DNA of 24,000 nt. It comes from Alphaproteobacteria bacterium (GTDB lineage Bacteria > Pseudomonadota > Alphaproteobacteria > JAAXGF01). Each line of letters starts with the position of its first letter. The first letter of the stretch is position 1. The stretch spans positions 1,578,242 through 1,602,241 of the forward strand of contig CAUVXB020000001.1 of NCBI GenBank assembly GCA_963555825.3. Reading direction: 5' to 3'. The position numbers were made by a program, and so were the translations under genes. The notes beneath the pieces were generated by a model. The model made no database searches. It was not told the origin of the DNA and saw only the letters and a program-made list of their open reading frames with translations. Below, in pieces: positions 16,053-24,000 of the stretch.

Positions 16053-16712
16053 GTGAATACGAGTAAGTCCGTCACCGTCGTCGACGCCGCATCCCTGGAT
16101 TTGTCGGAAGGATCTTCGGTATCCGGCCGGGACGCGCGCGACGAGGCCGAAGCGGCCGTCAAGGTGCTGCTTCGCTGGACGGGTGACGACCCCGAACGCG
16201 AGGGTTTGCTGGACACGCCGGCGCGCGTCGTTCGCGCCTTCGAAGAATATTTCTCTGGCTACCGGTACGACCCGGTCGACGTGCTGGCGCGCACCTTCGA
16301 AGAGCACCACGACTACGACGAGATGGTCGTCCTGCGGGACATCCGTTTCAATTCGCATTGCGAGCACCACATGGCGCCGATCATCGGCAAGGCCCATGTC
16401 GCCTATCTGCCGCGCAAACGCGTGGTCGGCATCTCGAAGCTCGCGCGCCTGGTCGACATCTACGCACGCCGGCTTCAGATCCAGGAAAAGCTCACCGCGC
16501 AGGTCGCCGACACGATCAACGACGTGCTCGAGCCCAAGGGTGTCGCCGTCGTCATCGAGGCCGAGCACCACTGCATGACGACGCGTGGTATTCACCGTCC
16601 TGGCACCTTCATGGTGACCAGCCGCATGCTTGGCGGATTCCGCACCGACCCGCGAACGCGGCGCGAGTTCTTGACCATGATCGGCAGCCCGGCGACACGA
16701 AACGCGAGTTAA
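16053..16712 (+). CDS. folE: GTP cyclohydrolase I
   Basis: Contains [23 protein letters not shown] and the zinc-site region [24 protein letters not shown] start is preceded by AGGAGA. Confidence 0.95.
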   Translation: MNTSKSVTVVDAASLDLSEGSSVSGRDARDEAEAAVKVLLRWTGDDPEREGLLDTPARVVRAFEEYFSGYRYDPVDVLARTFEEHHDYDEMVVLRDIRFNSHCEHHMAPIIGKAHVAYLPRKRVVGISKLARLVDIYARRLQIQEKLTAQVADTINDVLEPKGVAVVIEAEHHCMTTRGIHRPGTFMVTSRMLGGFRTDPRTRREFLTMIGSPATRNAS

Positions 16713-16765
16713 TACCGGGCGCGCGCCATAGTATTTGCGGGAGGATATAACACCAGGATGCCCGC

Positions 16766-18214
16766 GTGATTGATATCCGACCGATCCTGTTCGTCATCGG
16801 AATCTTGCTGACGACATTGGCCGCGTTCATGTTCCTGCCGGCGCTGGTCGACGCGGCGCAGGGCCATCCCGACTGGCGGGTTTTCCTGTCCGCCGCCTTC
16901 TTCACCCTGTTCATCGGCGTTTCGCTGGTCTTGATGAACCGCAGCGGGCCGGTCCGGCTCAATATCCGCCAGACCTTTCTGCTGACCACGCTGGCCTGGG
17001 TGGTGATGGTCGCCTTCGCCGCCCTGCCCTTCGTCTTCGCCGACATCGAGCTCGACTACGCCGACGCCTTCTTCGAGGCCATGTCGGGCCTGACGACGAC
17101 CGGCTCGACGGTCATCGTCGGGCTCGACGATGCGCCGCCCGGCATTTTGCTGTGGCGCGCGTTGCTGCAGTGGCAAGGCGGCATCGGCATTATCGTCATG
17201 GCGATCGCGGTCTTGCCCATGCTCGGCATCGGCGGCATGGCGCTGTTTCGCACCGAATCATCGGACCAATCCGAGAAGGTGCTGCCGCGCGCGGCCCAGA
17301 TGTCGACCGTCATCGGCTTGATCTACCTGACGCTGAGCGTCGCCGCCGCGGTCGCGTACTGGTTGGCCGGCATGACGTTCTTCGAAGCCATGTGCCACGC
17401 CATGACGACCATCTCGACGGCGGGGTTCTCGACCGCCGATGCCTCGATCGGCCATTTCGCATCGCCGGCCATCGAATGGATCGCGACCGTCTTCATGATC
17501 ATCGGCGGACTGCCCTTCGTGCTCTACTTCCAATTGGTGCGCGGCAACGGCGAACTGCTGTGGCGTGATTCCCAGACCAGGGCGTTCCTGATTCTGGTCG
17601 TGATTGTGGTCGGCGTCATGGCGGGATGGCTGTGGCTGGCCAACGACACGGCGTTCGAAATCGCCGTCCGGCACGCCGCGTTCAATTCGGTTTCCGTGAT
17701 CACCGGTACCGGCTATGCCTCGACCGACTACAACAGCTGGGGCGGATTCGCGGTGACCCTGTTGTTGTTCGTCATGGTCGTCGGCGGTTGCACGGGCTCG
17801 ACGACGGGCGGCATCAAGATGTTCCGCTTTCAGGTCATCAGCGCCATCGTGCCGGTACAAATCCGACGGCTCTTGCTGCCCCACGGCATCTTCGTGGCGC
17901 ATTACAACCGCAAGCCGATCCCCGACGCGGCGGCCGACTCGGTAATGAATTTCTTCTTCTTGTTCGCCTTGATTTTCGTCGCCGTCGCAGTGGCGCTCGC
18001 CGGTTTCGGGCTGGACTTCATGACCAGCGTCTCGGGTGCGTTGACCGCACTCGCCAACGTCGGGCCGGGCCTCGGCGACGTGATCGGGCCGGCCGGCAAT
18101 TTCGCCAGTCTGCCCGACGGCGCCAAATGGTTGCTCTCGGCCGCCATGCTGTTGGGCCGGCTCGAGCTGTTCACCGTCCTGGTGCTGTTTACGCCGCGCT
18201 TTTGGCGCGGCTGA
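16766..18214 (+). CDS. trkH: Trk-type potassium uptake protein TrkH
   Basis: 482 aa and polytopic, with repeated selectivity-filter-like TTTG/TAGF/TGTGY/TGG motifs (GLTTTGST, TISTAGFST, VITGTGYAS, GSTTGGIK). Confidence 0.92.
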   Translation: MIDIRPILFVIGILLTTLAAFMFLPALVDAAQGHPDWRVFLSAAFFTLFIGVSLVLMNRSGPVRLNIRQTFLLTTLAWVVMVAFAALPFVFADIELDYADAFFEAMSGLTTTGSTVIVGLDDAPPGILLWRALLQWQGGIGIIVMAIAVLPMLGIGGMALFRTESSDQSEKVLPRAAQMSTVIGLIYLTLSVAAAVAYWLAGMTFFEAMCHAMTTISTAGFSTADASIGHFASPAIEWIATVFMIIGGLPFVLYFQLVRGNGELLWRDSQTRAFLILVVIVVGVMAGWLWLANDTAFEIAVRHAAFNSVSVITGTGYASTDYNSWGGFAVTLLLFVMVVGGCTGSTTGGIKMFRFQVISAIVPVQIRRLLLPHGIFVAHYNRKPIPDAAADSVMNFFFLFALIFVAVAVALAGFGLDFMTSVSGALTALANVGPGLGDVIGPAGNFASLPDGAKWLLSAAMLLGRLELFTVLVLFTPRFWRG

Positions 18215-18300
18215 TCGCCCGCCGATTAGTGGGTGATCGACGCCGGGGCAAGCGTATATAGTTGCCGCTGTCGACCACTCGATATTTTGGGAGAAGAATA

Positions 18301-18453
18301 ATGGAAGGATCGGGCTGGGACTGGGGAACGGTGCCTCAATGGCTCACGTTGCTCGCCATCGGCGGGTTTGCGATCTGCATCACGCTGTGGCTCGCCAACG
18401 TCGTCGAGGAAGTCAAGGATTTGACCCGCGCCCTCGCAAAACTCTCGAAATAG
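18301..18453 (+). CDS. Hypothetical 50-aa single-pass membrane peptide
   Basis: GGGAGAA lies 6 nt upstream of the ATG at 18301. There is one hydrophobic helix, WLTLLAIGGFAICITLWLA. Confidence 0.4.
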   Translation: MEGSGWDWGTVPQWLTLLAIGGFAICITLWLANVVEEVKDLTRALAKLSK

Positions 18454-18551
18454 GTCGATTTCCGAGCGGGTAACGCGTAGCCGGCAAACACGTTGCCGCC
18501 CGCCAATCGCGACGTGGCGGTCGAACGGTTTGGCGGCGGCGGCGCGGCGCG

Positions 18552-21500
18552 CTATTCGGCCGCGTGCTTTTCGAGCGGGGCGATGACCGATGCCGGCTTG
18601 GGACGGGCAAGCGAGAAGTCGCCCTGAATGGCGATCAGCGCGGGCAGCACCAGCAGCACCAGAAATGTCGTCACCATCAGCCCGAAGACGATGGTCAGCG
18701 CCATCGGGATCAGGAATTGCGCCTGCAGGCTGGTTTCGAAGAGCAGCGGCGTCAGCCCGCCGATCGTCGTCGCCGAGGTCAGGATGACGGCGCGTAGCCG
18801 ATCGCAGGTGCCTTCGATGACGGCATCACGATACGGCTCGCCGCGCTTGATGCGCTCGTCGATCGTCGTCACCAGGATGATCGAATCGTTGACCACGATG
18901 CCCGACAGGCCGACCAGCGCGATCAGGCTGAGGATGGTCAGGTCGTAGCCGAGCAGATAGTGGCCGAGCGCAGCGCCGATGAAGCCGAGCGGGATCACCG
19001 ACATGACGACGATCGGACGTGTATAGCTGGCGAACACCCAGGCGAGGATGATGTAAATCGCGGCCAGGCCGATGATCGCGCCGGTACGCATGTCGCCGAT
19101 CGTCTGGGCCTGCTCCTCGGCCTTGCCGGCGAAGCTCGCGACGGCGCCGTAGCGCGCCGCGATGTCGTGCACGCCATCGCGCTCGAGTGCTCCGAGAATT
19201 TCGCCCGAGGTCGTCACCGCCTTGTCGATTTCGGCAGTGATGGCGACTTCGCGCCGGCCATTCTCACGCTTGATGCGTGCGAAGCCGCGGGTCTCGCGGC
19301 GGTCGACGACCTCGCTGAGCGCCACCTCGGCGCCATCCGGGCCGCGTATGAAGAAATCGTTGAGCGCCGTCACGTCGATCGCGTCGCGTGGATACTGCAC
19401 GCGCACCAGCACCTCTTCGTCGCCGCGCGGAAAGCGCTTGGCGATGGCGCCATCGAACGCGTTGCGCACCTGGCGGCCGACCGTCGCGGTGGTGAAGCCC
19501 AGCGCGCGGCCGCGCACGTTGACCTCGAGCACGGTCTCCTGCTTGCCAAACGGCAAATCGTCGGCGACATCGCTCACGCCTGGATAGCGCGGCAGCAACG
19601 TGGCGACCTCGGCGGCCGCCTGCTTGAGTGCTGCCGGCTCGCCGCCCGACAGCCGGACGTCGATCTCGCGACCGGGTGGCCCGCCGCGCGCGGCGACGAT
19701 GGTGAGCGTCTCGACGCCCAGCGGAACGGCGGCCTCCTCGCGCCAGACGGTGATGAATTCGCTGCTCGTGATGTCGCGCTCATCGGTCGGCACCAACTCG
19801 ACGGACAGGCCGCCGACGTGATCGCCGGCGACCGCGCCGCCGTGGTCCTGGCCGACGCTGCCGCCAATCTTGGCGATGGCGATCCGGACCAGCCCGCCGA
19901 CGCCGCCGGTCAGGCGGTCGTCGGCGCGCCACAGGGCGCGTTCGATATCCTCGAGCGCCGCCGCGGTCTGCGCGCGCGGCGCGCCGGCGGCCAGTTCGAC
20001 GTTGGCATAGACCCGGTCGGCCTCGGGCGATGGGAAGAACAGGAAGCCGATGCGGCCGCCCATTATCAGCCCGACACAGAGGATCAACGCGGCGATGGCG
20101 CAGGCGACGGTGGCGTAGCGCCATTCGATGCAGGCCGTCACCGCGCGCCGGAACGGACCGTCGCGGAAGCCGTCGAAGCTACGGCGGAACCACTGCCGGC
20201 CGCGGCTCGGCGTGCCCGTCGAATGCGCCAGTGCGCCGCGCAGATGGCCGGGCAATACCAGGAAGCACTCGATCAGGCTGGCGACGATGACGGCGATGAC
20301 GACGAAGGGAATCGCCTGGATGATCGAGCCGATGACGTCCGAGATGATCAGCAACGGCACGAACGCCGCGATCGTCGTGAGCGACGAGGAGAACACCGGC
20401 GCGGCCATGCGCCGGGCGCCGGTATCGGCGGCGTCGGCCGGCGACATGCCGCCGCGCGCCAGTGTCGCGGCGTGCTCGCCGACCACGATGGCGTCGTCGA
20501 CGACGATGCCGAGCGCCATGATCAGGCCGAACAGGCTGATCATGTTGATCGATTGGCCGCTGACCAGCATGACGCCGAGCGTCGCCAGCAACGAAACCGG
20601 AATGCCGACGACGACCCAGAAGGCAACGCGGCCGTTGAGGAAGATGAAAAGGATGGCGATGACCAGGATCAACCCACCCAGTCCGTTGCGGAGCAGGAGG
20701 TCGATGCGGCTGCGGATTAGGTCGGCGGCGATGTCGTACTGGGCGATCTCGAGGTTGGGCGGCAGCGTCTCGCGCAGCTCGACGAGATAGTCAGCGACGA
20801 TGTCGGCGAGCTCGAGCGCGTCGGCGTTGAGCGAGCGCTGGATGTGCAGCTCGATGGCCGGCTGACCATTGTGCCGCACCGAGACGCCGCCCTCCTCGAA
20901 GCGCTCCGACACCTCGGCGATGTCGCGCAGATAGACCTTGCCGCCGCTCGGCAGCGAGCGCACCTCGACGTGGCCCAGCTCGCGCGCCGTCTTGACCAGG
21001 CCGAGGCTGCGGATCTGGCGCTCGGTCGCGCCCCGCGTGTCGCCCGAGGGCAGATCAACCGAGGTATCCGCGATACGCGCGGCGATGTCGCCGAGCGTCA
21101 GGTCGAGGCGGCGCAGCGTTTCGGGTGCGACGTCGACCCAGATCTCCTCGTCGCGCGCACCGATCAGATCGATCTTGTCGATACCGCGCGCCAGCAGTTC
21201 GTCGCGAATGCGCTTGGCGTAGGCCTTGAGCGCCGCGTCCGAATAGGGCCCCGAGATAAGCAGCCGCGTGATGTTGTCGTAGCGCACGATGCGCTTGATA
21301 ACCGGCCGCTCGCTGTCGTCGGGCAGCGTGGTGACCTGATCGATCGCGGTCTCGACGTCGGACAGCGCGGCCTGCATGTCGGTGCCCGGCTCGAATTCGA
21401 CGAACACGTTGCCGATGCCCTCGACCGACGTCGAGCGAACCTTCTCGACGCCGTCGAGGAAGCGCACCTCTGGCTCGATCGCCTGGACCACGTTGGCGTC

Positions 21501-21683
21501 GATGTCCTCGGCCGAGGCGCCCGACCACTCGACGCTGACCTCGATCCAGTCGATGCCGAAGTTGGGGAAGAACTGGATGTTGAGCCGGCTCAGCGCGAAC
21601 AGGCCGCAGACGATCATCACGACCATCAAAAGATTGGCCGCCGTCGGGTGGCGCGTGAAAACGCCGATGACGCCGCCGTTCAT
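18552..21683 (-). CDS. RND efflux transporter permease (AcrB/AcrD/AcrF family)
   Basis: 1043 aa with the typical RND N-terminus (...FTRHPTAANLLMVVMIVCGLFALSRLNIQFFP...) and duplicated 6-TM plus large-loop organisation. The ATG overlaps the stop of the adaptor gene (ATGA). Confidence 0.95.
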   Translation of the reverse strand: MNGGVIGVFTRHPTAANLLMVVMIVCGLFALSRLNIQFFPNFGIDWIEVSVEWSGASAEDIDANVVQAIEPEVRFLDGVEKVRSTSVEGIGNVFVEFEPGTDMQAALSDVETAIDQVTTLPDDSERPVIKRIVRYDNITRLLISGPYSDAALKAYAKRIRDELLARGIDKIDLIGARDEEIWVDVAPETLRRLDLTLGDIAARIADTSVDLPSGDTRGATERQIRSLGLVKTARELGHVEVRSLPSGGKVYLRDIAEVSERFEEGGVSVRHNGQPAIELHIQRSLNADALELADIVADYLVELRETLPPNLEIAQYDIAADLIRSRIDLLLRNGLGGLILVIAILFIFLNGRVAFWVVVGIPVSLLATLGVMLVSGQSINMISLFGLIMALGIVVDDAIVVGEHAATLARGGMSPADAADTGARRMAAPVFSSSLTTIAAFVPLLIISDVIGSIIQAIPFVVIAVIVASLIECFLVLPGHLRGALAHSTGTPSRGRQWFRRSFDGFRDGPFRRAVTACIEWRYATVACAIAALILCVGLIMGGRIGFLFFPSPEADRVYANVELAAGAPRAQTAAALEDIERALWRADDRLTGGVGGLVRIAIAKIGGSVGQDHGGAVAGDHVGGLSVELVPTDERDITSSEFITVWREEAAVPLGVETLTIVAARGGPPGREIDVRLSGGEPAALKQAAAEVATLLPRYPGVSDVADDLPFGKQETVLEVNVRGRALGFTTATVGRQVRNAFDGAIAKRFPRGDEEVLVRVQYPRDAIDVTALNDFFIRGPDGAEVALSEVVDRRETRGFARIKRENGRREVAITAEIDKAVTTSGEILGALERDGVHDIAARYGAVASFAGKAEEQAQTIGDMRTGAIIGLAAIYIILAWVFASYTRPIVVMSVIPLGFIGAALGHYLLGYDLTILSLIALVGLSGIVVNDSIILVTTIDERIKRGEPYRDAVIEGTCDRLRAVILTSATTIGGLTPLLFETSLQAQFLIPMALTIVFGLMVTTFLVLLVLPALIAIQGDFSLARPKPASVIAPLEKHAAE

Positions 21684-22918
21684 CGCACCGCGACCCGCAC
21701 GCCCGGTCCGATCTCGGGAAAACGCACCGTGACGATGCGGTCGTCGGGCGCCAGATCGCCGCGCACGAAGACCTCCTCGCCCGATCGCACGACGACCTCG
21801 ACCACACGCGGCTCGAGGCGGTCATCGACGACGGTGTAGACCGTGTCACCCTGGTGGAGCGCGCGCTCGGGCAGGCGCACCACGTCGGCATAGATCCGGT
21901 CGGGCACGCGCACCTCGACGAAGGCGCCGGGCCTGAGTACCGTGTCGACGCCGACGCCGTCGAGCCGGGCATAGAGTTCGACGCCACCGCTGGTCGCGTC
22001 GATCTCGCTTTCCAAGCGGTCGATCACGGCATCGTGGACGATGCCGCTGCCGGCGAGGCGCCAGACGACCCGCGCCGACCGCCCTTGGTAACCGCCGGCC
22101 GCCAGCAGGCGCGCGAACGCGCGGTCGCTCAGGTGGAACTTCGCCTCGAGCCGGCCGGCGTCGATCAGCCGCGCGATCGGGTCGCCGACGCCGACGCGCT
22201 TACCGATCGCCGTCTCGGTGTCAATCAGGAAGCCATCGAACGGCGCCACCAGCCGGGTCCGCTCGAGGTCGCGCCGGGCGCGACGGAGCGAGACCTTCCA
22301 GCGCGCAAGCACCGCCTGTTCCTCATCGACCCGGGCAGCGAGCCGGTTGACCAGCTCGCCCCGGGTGAGCAGCTGTTGCTCGCTCCTGCTGAGCGCGAGC
22401 CGCGAATCGTCGAGCGCCTTCTTCGAAACCGCCGCCGTGCCGGCCAGCTTTTCGCGGCGGTCGACGTCGGCGCGGCTGAGCGCGAGTTGCTCGCGGTCGT
22501 GCGTAATGATCTGATTGGTCGCGGCGATCGTCGCGCCGATCTCGGCGACGCGCGCTTTCGATTCGGCGATGCGCGCCTCGAATTCGTCGACGTCGGCGCG
22601 GTAGTCGAAGGGATCGATGGCGATCAGCAGCTCGCCTTCCCGCACCACCCCGCCGTTGAGGAATCGTGGGCCGACGTCGATCACCGTGCCGGCGACGAGC
22701 GGCCTGAGTTCGACTTCGCGGCCGGCGACGATCTCGCCGAACAGGCGCAGTTCGGGTTGCGCATCGACACGCGCCGCGGACACCACCGTGACCGGCCAGG
22801 CGCGCTCCTCGGGGAGCGTCGGCTCGACCACGGGGCGCGTCGCCTTGAGATAGCCGGCGCTCGCCACGGCCGCCGCGACGATGACGATGGGCGCGACGAT
22901 CTTGGTCAGGCGTTTCAT
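21680..22918 (-). CDS. RND efflux periplasmic adaptor (membrane fusion protein, HlyD family)
   Basis: 412 aa from MKRLTKIVAPIVIVAAAVASAGYL (membrane anchor), followed by a coiled-coil hairpin and beta-barrel-like regions. The longer ORF to 23080 overlaps tetR and was rejected. Confidence 0.9.
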   Translation of the reverse strand: MKRLTKIVAPIVIVAAAVASAGYLKATRPVVEPTLPEERAWPVTVVSAARVDAQPELRLFGEIVAGREVELRPLVAGTVIDVGPRFLNGGVVREGELLIAIDPFDYRADVDEFEARIAESKARVAEIGATIAATNQIITHDREQLALSRADVDRREKLAGTAAVSKKALDDSRLALSRSEQQLLTRGELVNRLAARVDEEQAVLARWKVSLRRARRDLERTRLVAPFDGFLIDTETAIGKRVGVGDPIARLIDAGRLEAKFHLSDRAFARLLAAGGYQGRSARVVWRLAGSGIVHDAVIDRLESEIDATSGGVELYARLDGVGVDTVLRPGAFVEVRVPDRIYADVVRLPERALHQGDTVYTVVDDRLEPRVVEVVVRSGEEVFVRGDLAPDDRIVTVRFPEIGPGVRVAVR

Positions 22919-23727
22919 GCCGGCCCGCCAGCTGCCGCGCCCTCGATCGGCGGCAGCCCGAGCATGGCGAGCACCGCCGGCGTCAACGTGCGAATGATGA
23001 AGTCGACGCGCTCGGGCGTGTAACCGTCCCAGCCGAGCCGCGCGCAGACCACCGTGCGGGCCGCGCCAAGCGCCATACACTGGCCGATGATCGCGGCGGT
23101 CAGCAGGCGCGTCTCGGGCGCTTCGGGGGCGCAGCCAACGGCGGCGCCGACCAGCCCGGCGACGGCGTTGTGGAGCGGGTGGATGCGCTCTTCGAGCAGC
23201 ATCGGGAAGGCAGCCGTCGGTTCGTGGAACTCGCGCAGCATGAGCTGCATGCGCCAGCGCATGCGCTCATCAACCAGCACCGAGCCGAGCAGGTGGCGCA
23301 GGAAGCCCGCGAGCAGGGCGGCGAGCATCGCGCGATCGCCGCCGGCCGCAGCGACGCCGCTGGTCAGGCGCTCGGCGGCCGGTCCCATGACCGGCTCCGA
23401 ATCCTCGATCAGCCGGCGCAGGACGCCGCGGTAGAGCCCCTCCTTGTCGCCGAAGTGATAACCGATGGCCGACAGGTTGACATCGGCCGCCTTGGCGACC
23501 GCGCGTATCGAAACGGTGTCGAAGCCCTGCCTGGCGAACAGCTTGCCGGCGGCTTCGAGCATGCGCTCACGGCTCGCCGCGCCGTCGGCGCGTGGTTTTC
23601 GGCTCGGGCGACGGGGTGCCGGCGCGCCCTGTATGGCGCCGGCGCTGGTCGCCGACGACGCCGCTGTCACGGGTGCCGCGGCGCCGGCTGAACCCGCGGT
23701 CTTGCCGGTTGATTGAGTCATTCTCAT
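22915..23727 (-). CDS. TetR/AcrR-family transcriptional regulator with an Ala-rich N-terminal extension
   Basis: RERMLEAAGKLFARQGFDTVSIRAVAKAADVNLSAIGYHFGDKEGLY is a TetR HTH. The start is at the ATG at 23727 or 23721. A TTG at 23739 would lie inside the operator palindrome. The stop overlaps the adaptor ATG. Confidence 0.9.
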   Translation of the reverse strand: MRMTQSTGKTAGSAGAAAPVTAASSATSAGAIQGAPAPRRPSRKPRADGAASRERMLEAAGKLFARQGFDTVSIRAVAKAADVNLSAIGYHFGDKEGLYRGVLRRLIEDSEPVMGPAAERLTSGVAAAGGDRAMLAALLAGFLRHLLGSVLVDERMRWRMQLMLREFHEPTAAFPMLLEERIHPLHNAVAGLVGAAVGCAPEAPETRLLTAAIIGQCMALGAARTVVCARLGWDGYTPERVDFIIRTLTPAVLAMLGLPPIEGAAAGGPA

Positions 23728-23730
23728 TAA

Positions 23731-23752
23731 ATAGATCAAACGTTTGATCTAT
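23731..23752. promoter_or_regulatory. Perfect 22-bp palindrome, probably the TetR operator
   Basis: ATAGATCAAAC|GTTTGATCTAT lies 4 bp upstream of the tetR ATG in an AT-rich ~90-bp promoter region. A related half-site, ATTAGATCAGTA, occurs on the minus strand of 23791-23802. Confidence 0.7.
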
Positions 23753-23818
23753 TCAAGGAGACTCGATCAATAATTCGCGCGAACAGCGGGTACTGATCTA
23801 ATTTATGAGAATTTTCTT

Positions 23819-24000
23819 CTAATGCCTTGTCGCATAAAGAAAGGTGATCTGGCCGATCGTCCGGCGTCGGTCGTCGTAAGCGGCGACGAATTCGTCGAGC
23901 GCGGCCGAGGCGTCGAGTTCGCGCACGCGCGCGCAGGCCGCCTCGATCTGATCGCCGCTCGCCAGCGCCCACATCGAGTCGCCGTCGCGCCATGCCTTGT
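23819..24000 (-). CDS. 3' end (59 codons) of an unidentified gene that starts beyond the window
   Basis: The minus-strand frame starting at 23998 reads KAWRDGDSMWALASGDQIEAACARVRELDASAALDEFVAAYDDRRRTIGQITFLYATRH*, with a TAG at 23821-23819. Its GC3-rich codon usage is more plausible than the Arg-rich listed ORF 23736-23993. Confidence 0.45.
   Translation of the reverse strand, partial: KAWRDGDSMWALASGDQIEAACARVRELDASAALDEFVAAYDDRRRTIGQITFLYATRH

Noticed and set aside
15549-16595. 348-aa minus-strand ORF spanning apaG and folE
   Set aside because: It lies antisense to two confidently recognised genes and has an Arg/Asp-rich, featureless composition. It is a GC-driven open frame.
18960-20720. 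586-aa + strand ORF, with neighbours 20844-21839, 21854-23023 and 20128-20790, antisense to the RND and adaptor genes
   Set aside because: These are shadow ORFs typical of high-GC DNA. They are Arg/Ala/Asp/Gly-rich with no motifs. The opposite strand encodes unmistakable RND and MFP proteins.
23736-23993. Listed 85-aa minus-strand ORF (MARRRLDVGAGERR...)
   Set aside because: It is Arg-rich junk that reads through the AT-rich promoter. The adjacent frame, ending at the TAG at 23821-23819, has far more protein-like composition and GC3 bias.

Overview
High-GC proteobacterial chromosome segment. Coding regions look about two-thirds G+C by eye, and the gene content suggests an alphaproteobacterium (inference only).

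Positions 1-6300 are an insertion-sequence mosaic:
- the 5' end of an IS3-family element (orfA plus the first 20 codons of orfB);
- an IS1380-family transposase inactivated by a single in-frame TAG;
- an AT-rich scrap carrying a 28-bp tandem repeat;
- a DUF3800-like gene whose last ~24 codons lie inside a complete IS21-family element (istA/istB, 17/21-matching terminal inverted repeats).

From ~6300 onward the window looks like ordinary chromosome:
- an orphan TRAP dctQM pair, with IS21 sitting where dctP is expected;
- a 530-aa Rieske-domain fusion protein;
- an XRE-HTH fusion protein and a 176-aa unknown protein, transcribed divergently across a very AT-rich ~265-bp spacer;
- ppx, tRNA-Gly(CCC), an unknown low-complexity protein, a radical-SAM/Cys-rich enzyme, apaG, folE, trkH and a 50-aa membrane peptide;
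- a tetR-MFP-RND efflux operon with a perfect 22-bp palindromic operator.

Five gene junctions use ATGA stop/start overlaps. I see no CRISPR array, no rRNA, and no complete recognisable defence, secretion or biosynthetic cluster.

The best candidates for something undescribed are:
1. the divergent XRE-fusion / 176-aa pair with its AT-rich, motif-bearing spacer, possibly acting with the co-directional Rieske-fusion gene;
2. the IS-flanked DUF3800 islet;
3. the low-complexity protein plus the radical-SAM/Cys-rich gene.

None of these can be given a function from sequence alone.
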